Source: Bacteroidales bacterium (GTDB lineage: Bacteria; Bacteroidota; Bacteroidia; Bacteroidales; FEN-979). Taken from it: a stretch of DNA of 55,049 bases. Made by a program: the position numbers and the translations under genes. The notes below the pieces were generated by a model. The model saw nothing but the letters and a program-made list of their open reading frames with translations. It had not been told where the DNA came from and ran no database searches. Numbering within the stretch: position 1 is the first letter of the stretch; every line of letters starts with the position of its first letter. The stretch lies in assembly GCA_049520195.1 (NCBI GenBank), contig JBEKQA010000001.1:1-55049 (forward strand). The letters run 5' to 3'. This document shows positions 46,158 to 55,049 of the stretch, piece after piece.

Positions 46158-46234
46158 TTCATCTTAATACAGGATAAGAAGAATTTGAAACATCATGAAT
46201 TGAAACTGCGAAAAGTGATTATCCCGATAATTAT

Positions 46235-46242
46235 TATCTTTG
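46235..46242 (+). promoter_or_regulatory. -7 box (TAtcTTTG) for hisS
   Basis: TATCTTTG lies 15 nt upstream of ATG 46258. The TTG used by the ORF track (46240) sits inside this box. Confidence 0.5.
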
Positions 46243-46257
46243 TGCAAATTTTCCGGA

Positions 46258-47631
46258 ATGTCACTCCAGAAACCCTCTATTCCCAAAGGTACCCGTGATT
46301 TTTCCCCACTCGAAATGGTGAGGAGAAATTTTATCTTTGATACCATCCGAAAGGTCTTCCAATTATTTGGATATCAACCCATAGAAACCCCGGCAATGGA
46401 AAATCTTTCCACCTTGCTAGGCAAGTACGGGGAAGAAGGCGATAAGCTGCTTTTCAAGATCCTGAACTCAGGGGATTTTCTTGAACCAGTCAAGGCCTCA
46501 GACCTTATTGACAAGAATTACAAGGAGTTGACGACCCGGATCACAGAAAAAGGTCTCCGCTATGATCTGACAGTTCCTTTTGCAAGGTTTGTAGTTCAGC
46601 ATCAGAATGAGATCGTATTTCCATTCAAGAGATATCAGATCCAGCCGGTATGGCGTGCAGACCGTCCGCAAAAAGGCAGATACAGGGAATTTTTTCAATG
46701 TGATGTGGATGTAATCGGAAGCGATTCTCTTCTTTACGAAGTTGAACTTGTCCAGATCGTCGATAAGGTATTTAGGAGCCTGGGGGTAAATTACCTTGTA
46801 AAACTGAACAACCGGAAGATACTTTCGGGGATTGCAGAGATAATAGGCGTTCTGGGACAATTTATCGATCTTACTGTATCCCTGGATAAAATGGAGAAAA
46901 CCGGGATAGATCCAGTGCTGGCCGAACTCAGGGACAAAGGGTTCTCAGATCCATCTATTACTGCCCTGATGCCTTTTCTGGAATTTACTGCGGAAAAGGA
47001 TTCCAGAACTATTATTTCTTTTTTAAAGGAAAAGCTGCAATCTTCGGAAATCGGAATGAAAGGAATCAATGAACTCGACCAAATATTGAATTACCTGGCT
47101 GATATGAACCTGGCTGATCGTGTTGAGCCGGATATTTCTCTTGCCAGAGGGCTGAATTACTATACCGGAACAATTATCGAGATTAAAGCCAGTGATGTCC
47201 CGATGGGCAGTATTTGCGGAGGTGGGCGCTATGATGATCTCACTGGAATTTTTGGACTTGAGGGAATTTCGGGAGTTGGAATTTCTTTCGGGGCTGACAG
47301 GATCTATGATTTAATGAATGAACTGAACCTATTTCCGGACATGATGGAGGCAACAACGAAAGTACTTTTTGTCAATTTTGGCGCTGCTGAAGAAAAATAT
47401 TGTTTGCCCCTGCTTTCCGAGCTTCGTGAAATAGGTATTCCTGCAGAAATATTCCCAGAATCTGCCAAGATGAAAAAACAACTGGATTATGCCAATCGCA
47501 AAAATATTGCCTATGTGATCCTTGTGGGTGAAAATGAGTTGAAGGAGAACAAGTTAACCTTGAAGAATATGCGAACAGGTGAGCAGAGTATACTGACATG
47601 GGAAGAGGTAATGAAGCAAATAGCGAGATAG
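46258..47631 (+). CDS. hisS: Histidine--tRNA ligase
   Basis: From ATG 46258 the sequence is [17 protein letters not shown]. Class II motifs are present ([37 protein letters not shown]) along with a C-terminal anticodon-binding domain. Confidence 0.95.
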   Translation: MSLQKPSIPKGTRDFSPLEMVRRNFIFDTIRKVFQLFGYQPIETPAMENLSTLLGKYGEEGDKLLFKILNSGDFLEPVKASDLIDKNYKELTTRITEKGLRYDLTVPFARFVVQHQNEIVFPFKRYQIQPVWRADRPQKGRYREFFQCDVDVIGSDSLLYEVELVQIVDKVFRSLGVNYLVKLNNRKILSGIAEIIGVLGQFIDLTVSLDKMEKTGIDPVLAELRDKGFSDPSITALMPFLEFTAEKDSRTIISFLKEKLQSSEIGMKGINELDQILNYLADMNLADRVEPDISLARGLNYYTGTIIEIKASDVPMGSICGGGRYDDLTGIFGLEGISGVGISFGADRIYDLMNELNLFPDMMEATTKVLFVNFGAAEEKYCLPLLSELREIGIPAEIFPESAKMKKQLDYANRKNIAYVILVGENELKENKLTLKNMRTGEQSILTWEEVMKQIAR

Positions 47632-47646
47632 CGAAATGGCGAAAAA
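47616..47646. repeat. 8-bp ATAGCGA-family repeat block overlapping the hisS 3' end
   Basis: GCAAATA GCGAGATA GCGAAATG GCGAAAAA. The hisS stop TAG is at 47629-47631, inside the block. Confidence 0.8.
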
Positions 47647-47675
47647 AATAAAAATTATCAATAATCAATTAAACT

Positions 47676-49199
47676 ATGACACTCGTAATTAAAGGAGCGG
47701 GACTAACTATCGAAGACGTTGTTAACGTTGCCCGCAGGAATGAAAAAGTAGAACTTGACAAGAATGCCATTGAACGGATTCATAAATGCCGTGCAATGCT
47801 GGAGAGAAAGATTGAGGCCCATGAGATCATGTACGGTATAAATACCGGTATTGGTGAATTCTCTGAAATGGTGTTGAATGATGAGCAGGTTAAAGAATTT
47901 CAAAAATACCTGATCTACAATCATGCAGCAGGTATCGGTGATCCGATGCCGATTGATTGGGTACGTGGAGCTATGTTAGGTCGTATCAATGTACATGCAC
48001 ATGGAAATTCAGGCTCACGTCTTGAAATTACACAGACGTTGGTAGATATGCTGAACAAAGGTGTTACGCCCTTTGTCTGCCAGAAAGGTTCAGTAGGTGC
48101 CTGTGGTGATCTTGCACCCATGTCACAGATCGCCTTGCTCATGATGGGCGAGGGTCATGCGTTTTATGAAGGAACGTTATATCCGGGGAAAGAAGCCCTT
48201 GAAAAGGCAGGAATTCCGATTCCGGGATTACAAGCCCGTGACGGACTGGCTACCATCAATGGCTCAAATGTACTGACGGCCATGAGTGCCCTTTTTTTAT
48301 ATGATGCCAATAACTGGCTGAAACAGGCAGAGATTGCTGCTTCTATGTCGCTGGAAGCAATGAAAGCCAATATGCGGCCATATTTACCGAAGCTTCATGA
48401 AGTAAGAGGTTTTAAAGGTGCGATCCGAAGTGCCGCAGCCATCCTGAAGTGTGTTCAGGGAGGTGATCTGGCTGAAAGAAAGGTCAAATGTAAAGTTCAG
48501 GATGCTTATTCAATGCGTTCAACCCCGCAGGTAATCGGGGCTGCTCACGATGCTCTTGCCTATGCACGTTCACAGGTGGAAATTGAATTAAACGGTGTTG
48601 GTGACAATCCGATCTTCTTCCCTGAGGAAAACCTTCAGCTTTCAGGAGCTAATTTCCAGGGCTCGCCGGTATCGGTTCCTATGGATATGGCAGGAATGGT
48701 TATTACCATGGTTAGTGTTCTTTCAGAAAGAAGGTTGAACCGTTTGAATAACCCGGCACTGAGTGTGGGTCTGCCTGCATTTCTAACCAAGGGGGCAGGC
48801 ATGTTCAGTGGAATGATGCTAAGCCAGTACACAGCTGATATGCAGATCGTCGAGCAACGTATTCTTTCTGCTCCAGCTTCGATACAATCCATACCCGCTG
48901 CAGCTGACCAGGAAGACTTTGTGTCGATGGGTATGAATACGGCACTGAAGAACTTCCAGATCCTTGATAATGCTTATGGTATCCTGGGCATAGAATTCAT
49001 GGCAGCGGCACAGGCACTTGATTTCCGGGATTATAAATTCGGCGCAGGTGTCAATAAGGCAAAGGAAATAATCCGTAAACACGTTGCCTTTCTTGATGTT
49101 GACCGTCCTTTATATCCGGATCACAATACCATGAAATCCCTTGTTAAATCGTGTGAGATCCTGGATGAAGTTGAAAAAACCGTTGGTAAACTGGAATAA
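47676..49199 (+). CDS. HAL/PAL/TAL family aromatic amino acid ammonia-lyase (histidase-like), Ala-Cys-Gly at the MIO position
   Basis: 507 aa with YGINTGIGEF, LIYNHAAGIG, GSVGACGDLAPMS, TINGSN, QDAYSMRSTPQ, ANFQG and QEDFVSMG, which are the conserved blocks of the family. It is histidase-like at the xH-AAG position. Confidence 0.85.
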   Translation: MTLVIKGAGLTIEDVVNVARRNEKVELDKNAIERIHKCRAMLERKIEAHEIMYGINTGIGEFSEMVLNDEQVKEFQKYLIYNHAAGIGDPMPIDWVRGAMLGRINVHAHGNSGSRLEITQTLVDMLNKGVTPFVCQKGSVGACGDLAPMSQIALLMMGEGHAFYEGTLYPGKEALEKAGIPIPGLQARDGLATINGSNVLTAMSALFLYDANNWLKQAEIAASMSLEAMKANMRPYLPKLHEVRGFKGAIRSAAAILKCVQGGDLAERKVKCKVQDAYSMRSTPQVIGAAHDALAYARSQVEIELNGVGDNPIFFPEENLQLSGANFQGSPVSVPMDMAGMVITMVSVLSERRLNRLNNPALSVGLPAFLTKGAGMFSGMMLSQYTADMQIVEQRILSAPASIQSIPAAADQEDFVSMGMNTALKNFQILDNAYGILGIEFMAAAQALDFRDYKFGAGVNKAKEIIRKHVAFLDVDRPLYPDHNTMKSLVKSCEILDEVEKTVGKLE

Positions 49200-49222
49200 T
49201 CTAAAATAATTATAACCCGTAA

Positions 49223-49660
49223 ATGGAAGAACAATTGTTGCCCGATACGGAGTCGAAGGAAAAACGGCCTTCACTGCTGACTGTGTTATGTATCCTGACT
49301 TTTATTGGCAGTGGGATGAATGCTTTTTCAAACCTGGTGGTTTTCATTTTCTATGATGCTTCGATGAAGTTGACGGAAGAAGTAGTGAAGTCCTTCAAAA
49401 TAGCCGGGATGGATCCTTTCCTGAATGCAAAACCCGTGTATTTTGCAGTGACAGCATTAATAAATGCGCTGGCTCTTGCAGGAGCAATCCTGATGTGGCA
49501 ACTCAGGAAACCGGGCTTTCATATTTATACGGTAGCACAAATAATGGTGATTATTGCCCCCATGTATTTCTTTCATCTTCCGGGTCCTGACCTGGCCAGC
49601 ATTATACTTTCAGGAATCTTTGTATTGCTATACAGTTCCCACTTAAAAAAAATGACCTGA
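49223..49660 (+). CDS. Small integral membrane protein, about 4 TM, unknown function (paralogue A)
   Basis: 145 aa with four hydrophobic segments. It starts 23 nt after the lyase stop. Confidence 0.6.
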   Translation: MEEQLLPDTESKEKRPSLLTVLCILTFIGSGMNAFSNLVVFIFYDASMKLTEEVVKSFKIAGMDPFLNAKPVYFAVTALINALALAGAILMWQLRKPGFHIYTVAQIMVIIAPMYFFHLPGPDLASIILSGIFVLLYSSHLKKMT

Positions 49661-49662
49661 AA

Positions 49663-50085
49663 ATGGAAGAGATCAGCATGAAGAGCGGAAATGCCAGGGA
49701 AGATGTTGCCAAACGGCCATTTTTGCTGACTTTGCTTTGCCTTTTTTCTTTTGTTTTTTTCGGTCTGATCTCAATGCTCTTTATCATTGCCTTGTTTTGG
49801 TCAGGTACCATTGCAGATATGGTGTTAAGGTATGCACCTGAGCATTCAGTTCAAAGATTCACCGTGTTTTGTTATATACTAGGCGGATTAATCCTGCACT
49901 TATCATCTCTGACCGGCATTATTCTTATCTGGAACATGAGAAGAACGGGTTATCTGATATTCGGTGTTTCTTCATTGATAATTTCCGGATACCAATTATT
50001 TGCAAGTCAGATCTCAATCCTGACCACCGCCTTCTATATAGCGTTGATTATAGTTTATGGAGTATTTCTGAAGAAATTAAGATAA
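49663..50085 (+). CDS. Small integral membrane protein, about 4 TM, unknown function (paralogue B)
   Basis: 140 aa with the same architecture as the preceding ORF. Shared motifs are KRPxLLTxLC...F...G near TM1 and GxILxWxxRxxG before TM3. The gap to paralogue A is 2 nt. Confidence 0.6.
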   Translation: MEEISMKSGNAREDVAKRPFLLTLLCLFSFVFFGLISMLFIIALFWSGTIADMVLRYAPEHSVQRFTVFCYILGGLILHLSSLTGIILIWNMRRTGYLIFGVSSLIISGYQLFASQISILTTAFYIALIIVYGVFLKKLR

Positions 50086-50464
50086 ACTCTTCTTCCCATT
50101 CAACAACTATTGTCAGGTACCTGATTATACTTCTTGTACTTCTAAGTTTCTCTTCTCACTATTAATTATCCCCGGTCGGAGTTTTTGCACCTATTTAAAC
50201 AACCGTTGTAATTACTTAATTATAAGATCGTTAATAAATTTTCCTGTTTTCAAACAATTTAATGTTAACATTTTTTTAACTTTTTTTAAGTTTTGTTTGA
50301 CTTTTTCAGAATTTATTTCTTAAAATTGCATTGGATATGGCAAAAGTTGCAAGAAAACATCTCATCATATATGACATACTTTGTTACATGTTCATGTGTA
50401 ATTCGGTATACCCAATTAATATTTGTCTGATTATTAATCCTTTTACTAACTAAAATCATCCACT

Positions 50465-53400
50465 ATGAGAAAATTTACCATTGTCCTAGCTTTACTTTTA
50501 TTGGCAGGACTGCAAGGTGTACTTGCACAAACGCGGGTCTTATCCGGTGTTGTAACATCATCGGAGGACAAATCCCCCATTCCCGGCGTGACCATCGTTG
50601 TTAAAAGCACGACCATTGGCACCATAACAAATGTTGACGGGAAATATGTATTGTCTGTACCAAGCAAATACAACGAATTAACCTTTTCCTACGTCGGGAT
50701 GAAAACCAAAGAAGTAAAGATCGGAGAATCCAACACTCTCGATGTGGTTATGGAGCCTGATGTTATGAATATGGATGAGATCGTCGTAACAGCCATCGGC
50801 ATCCCAAGGGAAACAAAGGCACTCAGCTATTCAGTGCAGAACGTTAACGCTGATGAGATTTCCAGAGCATCCCAGACTGATGTTATTAACACTCTGCAGG
50901 GGAGGGTATCTGACTTACAGGTTGTCAGTTCTTCCGGTGTTGCAGGTGCTGCATCCTATATCCAGATCCGTGGGGTTACCTCTTTGACACAGAACAACCA
51001 ACCCCTCTTTGTCGTTGACGGTGTTCCCATAGCAGGAGCTGAAACAGGTGGCGATATTGAAGCTGCTTCCAATAATAATTTTGATGGTGTTGGGTTATCC
51101 AACCGTGCCATTGACCTAAACCCTGACGATATAGAATCTGTATCTGTTCTGAAAGGAGGTGCAGCAACCGCTTTGTATGGTCTGCGAGCTGCTTCCGGTG
51201 CCGTTATTATCACAACAAAAAAGGGTAAAGCAACCACAGGTAAAAAGATATCGGTGACTTTCAGTACTTCTGTTAAATTTGATGTTGTAAGCCAGCTACC
51301 CGCTCGTCAGGATGAGTTTGGTCAAGGTACCCATGGCAACTGGGTCTCAGGTAATAAATTCAGCTGGGGACCAAAACTTGATACCTGTGCCTACGATAAA
51401 TCGAACTGGAGCACATATGAATGGAAGGATTTTGATGTTGATGGAAGGATCGTCAGCGATCAAGTTGGTAAAAACGGGGCAATCAATACATATAACCCTT
51501 ATAACTTCTTCCAGACAGGATTAACGACTGATAATTCAATATCCCTGAGCGGCGGAAGCGACGTTTCAACTTTTTATTTCAGTTTCTCCGATAACCAGAC
51601 GAAAGGTATTATTCCCAATAATACTTTACACAGGAATACTTTCAAAATATCCGGTGACACAAAGCTCTCTGATCACTGGAAGGTATCAGGTACGGCAAAT
51701 TATATTATCACTTCAGCTAACCGTATTCAACAGGGTAATAATACCTCCGGTATCATGCTAGGTTTGTTAAGGACTCCACCCACATTTGATAATGCAGCCG
51801 GTTATATTTTCTCATCAGACTATCTATTACCTGACGGGTCACAACTGCCAAGTGCAGGAAATGAAAGAAGTTACCGTCATGGTATTTATTATGATAATCC
51901 ATATTGGACCGCAAATGAAAATCATTACCAGGATGCTGTAAACCGTTTGATCGGTTCCGCACAGATAGATTACCTGGCCAATAAATGGCTTTCATTTACC
52001 TATCGTATAGGTATGGACTGGTATGGAAGGAAAATTGTGGATGACCTAGCTGTAGGTTCATCAACACAACCGGCAGGTTGGGCAAAAAGAGGAGAAGAAC
52101 TCAGCAAGAATTTCAACTCCGACCTGTTCATGACTATTGATAAAAATTTTGCAAAGGACTTTAATGTTCATTTTATCCTTGGTCAGAACATGACCGAGCA
52201 ATTCTTTACTTCACTGAATTCACAAGCTTTAGGATTGGTAATTCCCAATTACTATGATCTGAATAATACAGCAAGTATTGCTTCTCAGGAATCGACAAGT
52301 GACAGGAGGGGTGCCGGTTTTTACGGAGATCTGACGCTTTCATGGAAAAACATGCTTTATTTAACCGGTACCGGCAGAAATGACTGGTCGACAACCTTAC
52401 CTGCAGGTAAAAATTCATTCTTCTACCCATCTGTAGGTTTGGGCTGGATCTTTACTCAGTTAAATGGTTTGAAAGATAACAAAGTACTTCCTTATGGTAA
52501 AGTACGTGTTTCTTATTCTATCACGGCAAAGGATGCAAGTCCCTACAGTACCTTAACCCCCTATGCAGCCCCTGCAATTGCTGACGGATGGACGACCGGA
52601 TTGACCTGGCCATATAACGGGACCAATGGATTCCAATTAAGCAGTACCCTCGGTAACAACCAGTTGAAGCCGGAAAAGACAGCCAACTTTGAGACCGGTA
52701 TTGACCTTAAATTCATCCAGAACCGCGTCGGAGTATCCTATACATACTTTAATAATAAAACGACAGATGATATTCTTAATGTTCCGATCGCTGCTTCCAC
52801 TGGTTATACATCAGTTTGGCTGAATGCCGGTTCTATCAGAACGTCAGGACATGAAGTTACCCTGGATCTTGTTCCGATAAAATCGAAAAATTGGGAATGG
52901 GATGTCACATTTAACTGGTCAAAAATTGACAATAAAGTGCTTGCCCTTGCACCCGGAATTAACAGGCTTTATTTAGGAGGCTTTACAGGTTCTGAAATTG
53001 ATGCAGTCGTTGGCCAACCCTATCGTACAATTTATGGATATGACTGGGAACGCGATAAGAACGGGAATGTGCTGATCGGTACCGATGGTTATCCAATAGA
53101 ATCACAGAATGAAACAGCTCTCGGTAATGTAGACCCGAAATGGACTGCAGGTATTGGAAGCACACTTCGCTGGAAAGACCTGAGTCTGTATTTCTTGGTT
53201 GACATCAAACATGGTGGGAAGATGTGGGATGGTACACGTGGAGCATTGGATTATTTCGGAGTCTCCGCAGGAACTCTTAACCGTGGTGAGTATGTTGTAT
53301 TCTCCGGAGTCATGACGGATGCCAATGGTAATTCCACCGGAGTGGCCAACACCATGAAAGTTCCCCTGACCCAGGATTATTATCAGGCACAAGGAAGCGG

Positions 53401-53674
53401 ATTTGTCGGTGCAACTGCACCTTACATTGAAGATGCAGGATGGGTAAGACTCAGAACTATCACCTTGACTTATAACCTTTCAAAATTCTTAAAGAAGACC
53501 TTTATCCGTGGGTTGAGCGTGTACTTTACCGGGACCAACTTATTACTGTTTGATCACTATAAGGGAGTTGATCCTGAAACAAGTCTTGCAGGTTCTCAGA
53601 ATGCACAGGGTATCGATTATTTTAACATGCCCGGAACCAAGAGCTATACACTTGGCTTGAATGTGTCATTCTAA
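50465..53674 (+). CDS. SusC/RagA family TonB-linked outer membrane protein
   Basis: 1069 aa. It has a signal peptide, a CarbopepD_reg region (LSGVVTSSEDKSPIPGVTIVVKSTTIGTITNVDGKY), a plug (IQIRGVTSLTQNNQPLFVVDGVPI, VLKGGAATALYGLRAASGAVIITTKKG) and a large barrel ending ...YTLGLNVSF. Confidence 0.93.
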   Translation: MRKFTIVLALLLLAGLQGVLAQTRVLSGVVTSSEDKSPIPGVTIVVKSTTIGTITNVDGKYVLSVPSKYNELTFSYVGMKTKEVKIGESNTLDVVMEPDVMNMDEIVVTAIGIPRETKALSYSVQNVNADEISRASQTDVINTLQGRVSDLQVVSSSGVAGAASYIQIRGVTSLTQNNQPLFVVDGVPIAGAETGGDIEAASNNNFDGVGLSNRAIDLNPDDIESVSVLKGGAATALYGLRAASGAVIITTKKGKATTGKKISVTFSTSVKFDVVSQLPARQDEFGQGTHGNWVSGNKFSWGPKLDTCAYDKSNWSTYEWKDFDVDGRIVSDQVGKNGAINTYNPYNFFQTGLTTDNSISLSGGSDVSTFYFSFSDNQTKGIIPNNTLHRNTFKISGDTKLSDHWKVSGTANYIITSANRIQQGNNTSGIMLGLLRTPPTFDNAAGYIFSSDYLLPDGSQLPSAGNERSYRHGIYYDNPYWTANENHYQDAVNRLIGSAQIDYLANKWLSFTYRIGMDWYGRKIVDDLAVGSSTQPAGWAKRGEELSKNFNSDLFMTIDKNFAKDFNVHFILGQNMTEQFFTSLNSQALGLVIPNYYDLNNTASIASQESTSDRRGAGFYGDLTLSWKNMLYLTGTGRNDWSTTLPAGKNSFFYPSVGLGWIFTQLNGLKDNKVLPYGKVRVSYSITAKDASPYSTLTPYAAPAIADGWTTGLTWPYNGTNGFQLSSTLGNNQLKPEKTANFETGIDLKFIQNRVGVSYTYFNNKTTDDILNVPIAASTGYTSVWLNAGSIRTSGHEVTLDLVPIKSKNWEWDVTFNWSKIDNKVLALAPGINRLYLGGFTGSEIDAVVGQPYRTIYGYDWERDKNGNVLIGTDGYPIESQNETALGNVDPKWTAGIGSTLRWKDLSLYFLVDIKHGGKMWDGTRGALDYFGVSAGTLNRGEYVVFSGVMTDANGNSTGVANTMKVPLTQDYYQAQGSGFVGATAPYIEDAGWVRLRTITLTYNLSKFLKKTFIRGLSVYFTGTNLLLFDHYKGVDPETSLAGSQNAQGIDYFNMPGTKSYTLGLNVSF

Positions 53675-53716
53675 TACGGACCAAAATAAATTTAAAAACA
53701 AAAAAAACATATAATT

Positions 53717-55049
53717 ATGAAAAATATAAGATTCAAATTCATTGGAGTTTTACTCCTCATGGTTTTGGTCCTTGGTTCATGTAAGAAATGGATCGATACA
53801 TCAATGAATGCGAACCCGGATGCTCCTAAAGACGTTCCGATGAGTTCGCTGCTTCCAGCCATTGAAGCCAACATGGCTTATACGCTGATCGGTGGAAATG
53901 ATTATTCCCGTGTTACATCCGAATGGATGCAATACTACCAGGGTGTTGCACGTCAGTCACAAGGCGAATCCAATTATATCTGGCATGATGGCGATGTTGA
54001 TAATGTTTGGAATACTTCTTATTCAGGTAGTATGGAAAACCTTAATATTTTGAAAAGCAAAGCCATGTCAGCAAAGGATAATATGAACAATGGCATGGCC
54101 GATGTCCTGATGGCAGAAACACTCGGTTTTGTTACTGATATCTGGGGTGATGTACCATTTTCACAAGCTTTCCAGGGATTGTCACAATTAAGCCCGGCCT
54201 TTGATAAGCAGCAGGACCTTTATGCAAAGATCCTTAACTTACTGGATGATGCAATTACAAGCTTCCAGGCCACCCCTCTTGTTTATGAGATTGGAGACCT
54301 GATCTATCCCAATGCAGATGGAGATCCTGCAGCACAGGCTACAGCATGGTTAAAAGCCGCCTATGGTATGAAAGCCAGATATACATTACATCTTAGCAAA
54401 ACTGATGCAACATCATGGGCAACAGCCCTCACTTTGGTTAAAAGTGCATTGGCTAGTAATAATGACGATATGCAGTTTGCATTTGGTGCAAGTGTTGGCC
54501 AGCAGAATCCTCTATTCCAATTTATGGATCAAAGAGGAGATATTGCAATGCATAAAGTCTTTATCGATATGCTAACTCAAAGGTTTGACCCCAGAATCGC
54601 TGTATTCGCTGCACCAGCCTACACAGACAGTCTAGGAAATCATTATAGAGGTGCAGACTGGGGATCAACACCAGATACAGTATCTTTACCAGGTTCTGCA
54701 GTTGCCTCACCAACTTCATCAGTCCAATTCCTGGATTATACAGAATGTCTGTTTATAAAAGCTGAATGTGAATATAAAACAAGTGATATTCCGGATGCCA
54801 AAACTGATCTTATCAGTGGTGTCTCTGCGTCGTTGAACAAATGGGGCGTGTTTAGTGCAGCATACATCACAGCCTATACTGCTGTGGTGGACACTATGAC
54901 GGGTTCCCTGTACAAAGAGATCATGGCACAGAAATACATTGCACTTTACAACCAGGCTGAAACATTCAATGATTGGAGAAGAACCGATAATTTGATCGGC
55001 TTGTCACCCAATCCTACTACATCAGCTGTGGAAAATGTTATTCCACGCA
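53717..55049 (+). CDS. SusD/RagB family nutrient-binding outer membrane lipoprotein; ORF continues past the right edge
   Basis: Not in the track because it has no stop in the window. My translation is MKNIRFKFIGVLLLMVLVLGSCKKWIDTSMNANPDAPKDVPMSSLLPAIEAN..., with a lipobox LGSC followed by a SusD-like N-terminal pattern. It starts 42 nt after the SusC-like gene. Confidence 0.85.
   Translation, partial: MKNIRFKFIGVLLLMVLVLGSCKKWIDTSMNANPDAPKDVPMSSLLPAIEANMAYTLIGGNDYSRVTSEWMQYYQGVARQSQGESNYIWHDGDVDNVWNTSYSGSMENLNILKSKAMSAKDNMNNGMADVLMAETLGFVTDIWGDVPFSQAFQGLSQLSPAFDKQQDLYAKILNLLDDAITSFQATPLVYEIGDLIYPNADGDPAAQATAWLKAAYGMKARYTLHLSKTDATSWATALTLVKSALASNNDDMQFAFGASVGQQNPLFQFMDQRGDIAMHKVFIDMLTQRFDPRIAVFAAPAYTDSLGNHYRGADWGSTPDTVSLPGSAVASPTSSVQFLDYTECLFIKAECEYKTSDIPDAKTDLISGVSASLNKWGVFSAAYITAYTAVVDTMTGSLYKEIMAQKYIALYNQAETFNDWRRTDNLIGLSPNPTTSAVENVIPR

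Noticed and set aside
46240-46257. Upstream alternative start codons used by the ORF track (TTG 46240 for hisS; also 12246, 42689, 20901, 3301, 17673, 32421)
   Set aside because: In each case a downstream ATG gives the N-terminus typical of the family. For hisS and the 12276 gene, the alternative codon lies inside the predicted -7 box.
45660-46346. ORFs 45660-45899 (+, 79 aa) and 46164-46346 (-, 60 aa) in the ettA-hisS gap
   Set aside because: The first is a read-through of the 8-bp and 11-bp arrays, giving a repetitive YTF/DIL peptide. The second overlaps the hisS promoter and the hisS 5' end. Neither has coding-like composition.
50113-50124. 12-bp perfect palindrome TCAGGTACCTGA after the second small membrane protein gene
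   Set aside because: It is short with no loop and no T-run. A single 12-bp palindrome in 55 kb is compatible with chance.
1-55049. Search for tRNA, rRNA, tmRNA, RNase P, SRP RNA, riboswitches, IS elements, integrases, prophage or defence genes
   Set aside because: By eye I found no GTTCGAATC-type T-arm contexts, no conserved RNase P/SRP/tmRNA motifs, no transposase- or integrase-like ORFs and no terminal inverted repeats bracketing genes. A covariance-model scan (tRNAscan-SE, Infernal/Rfam) would be needed to exclude small ncRNAs, especially in 2315-3300 and 45612-46257.

Overview
This is about 55 kb of a compact, AT-rich chromosomal segment that looks Bacteroidota-like. Supporting signs are a SusC/SusD pair, three T9SS C-terminal sorting domains, and TAnnTTTG -7 boxes ahead of most transcription units. 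I call 41 protein-coding genes. Two run off the window edges and one is a 48-codon ORF missing from the supplied track.

Content is overwhelmingly core housekeeping:
- Left end: TetR and a HlyD-type efflux adaptor, then a peroxiredoxin.
- Translation and nucleotide genes: rimP-nusA-infB, purA, fur, rel, lepA, phoH, purC.
- Envelope genes: DegT aminotransferase plus a PglC-like sugar transferase, cinA, rpmB, two TonB-dependent receptors, rocD.
- Respiratory genes: a UbiD-family decarboxylase and ccmB-C-D-E.
- Right half: a BNR/T9SS protein, a GNAT-like protein, an LptF/G permease, two GT4 glycosyltransferases, ettA, hisS, a HAL-family ammonia-lyase with two small paralogous membrane proteins, then SusC/SusD.

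I found no rRNA, tRNA, CRISPR array, transposase, integrase, phage gene or recognisable defence genes. I do not see a multi-gene novel system here.

The least explained signal is non-coding. At least six intergenic loci carry mosaics of short tandem repeats with 7, 8, 9, 10 and 11 bp periods, and they share motif families across loci: AGTGACA, ATAGCGA, CGAATGTGAAG and TATAGACTTT/TATACTTT. One such array supplies the hisS stop codon.

Other points worth checking:
- a CxxxY (Cys instead of His) CcmE in a ccm cluster without ccmA/F/H;
- a HAL-family enzyme whose MIO triad reads Ala-Cys-Gly;
- an intrinsic-terminator-like hairpin in the rimP-nusA-infB leader;
- -7 boxes abutting the lepA and cinA start codons;
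- perfect palindromes in two 5' leaders.

All protein family calls come from reading the translations and recalling motifs. No database search was run.
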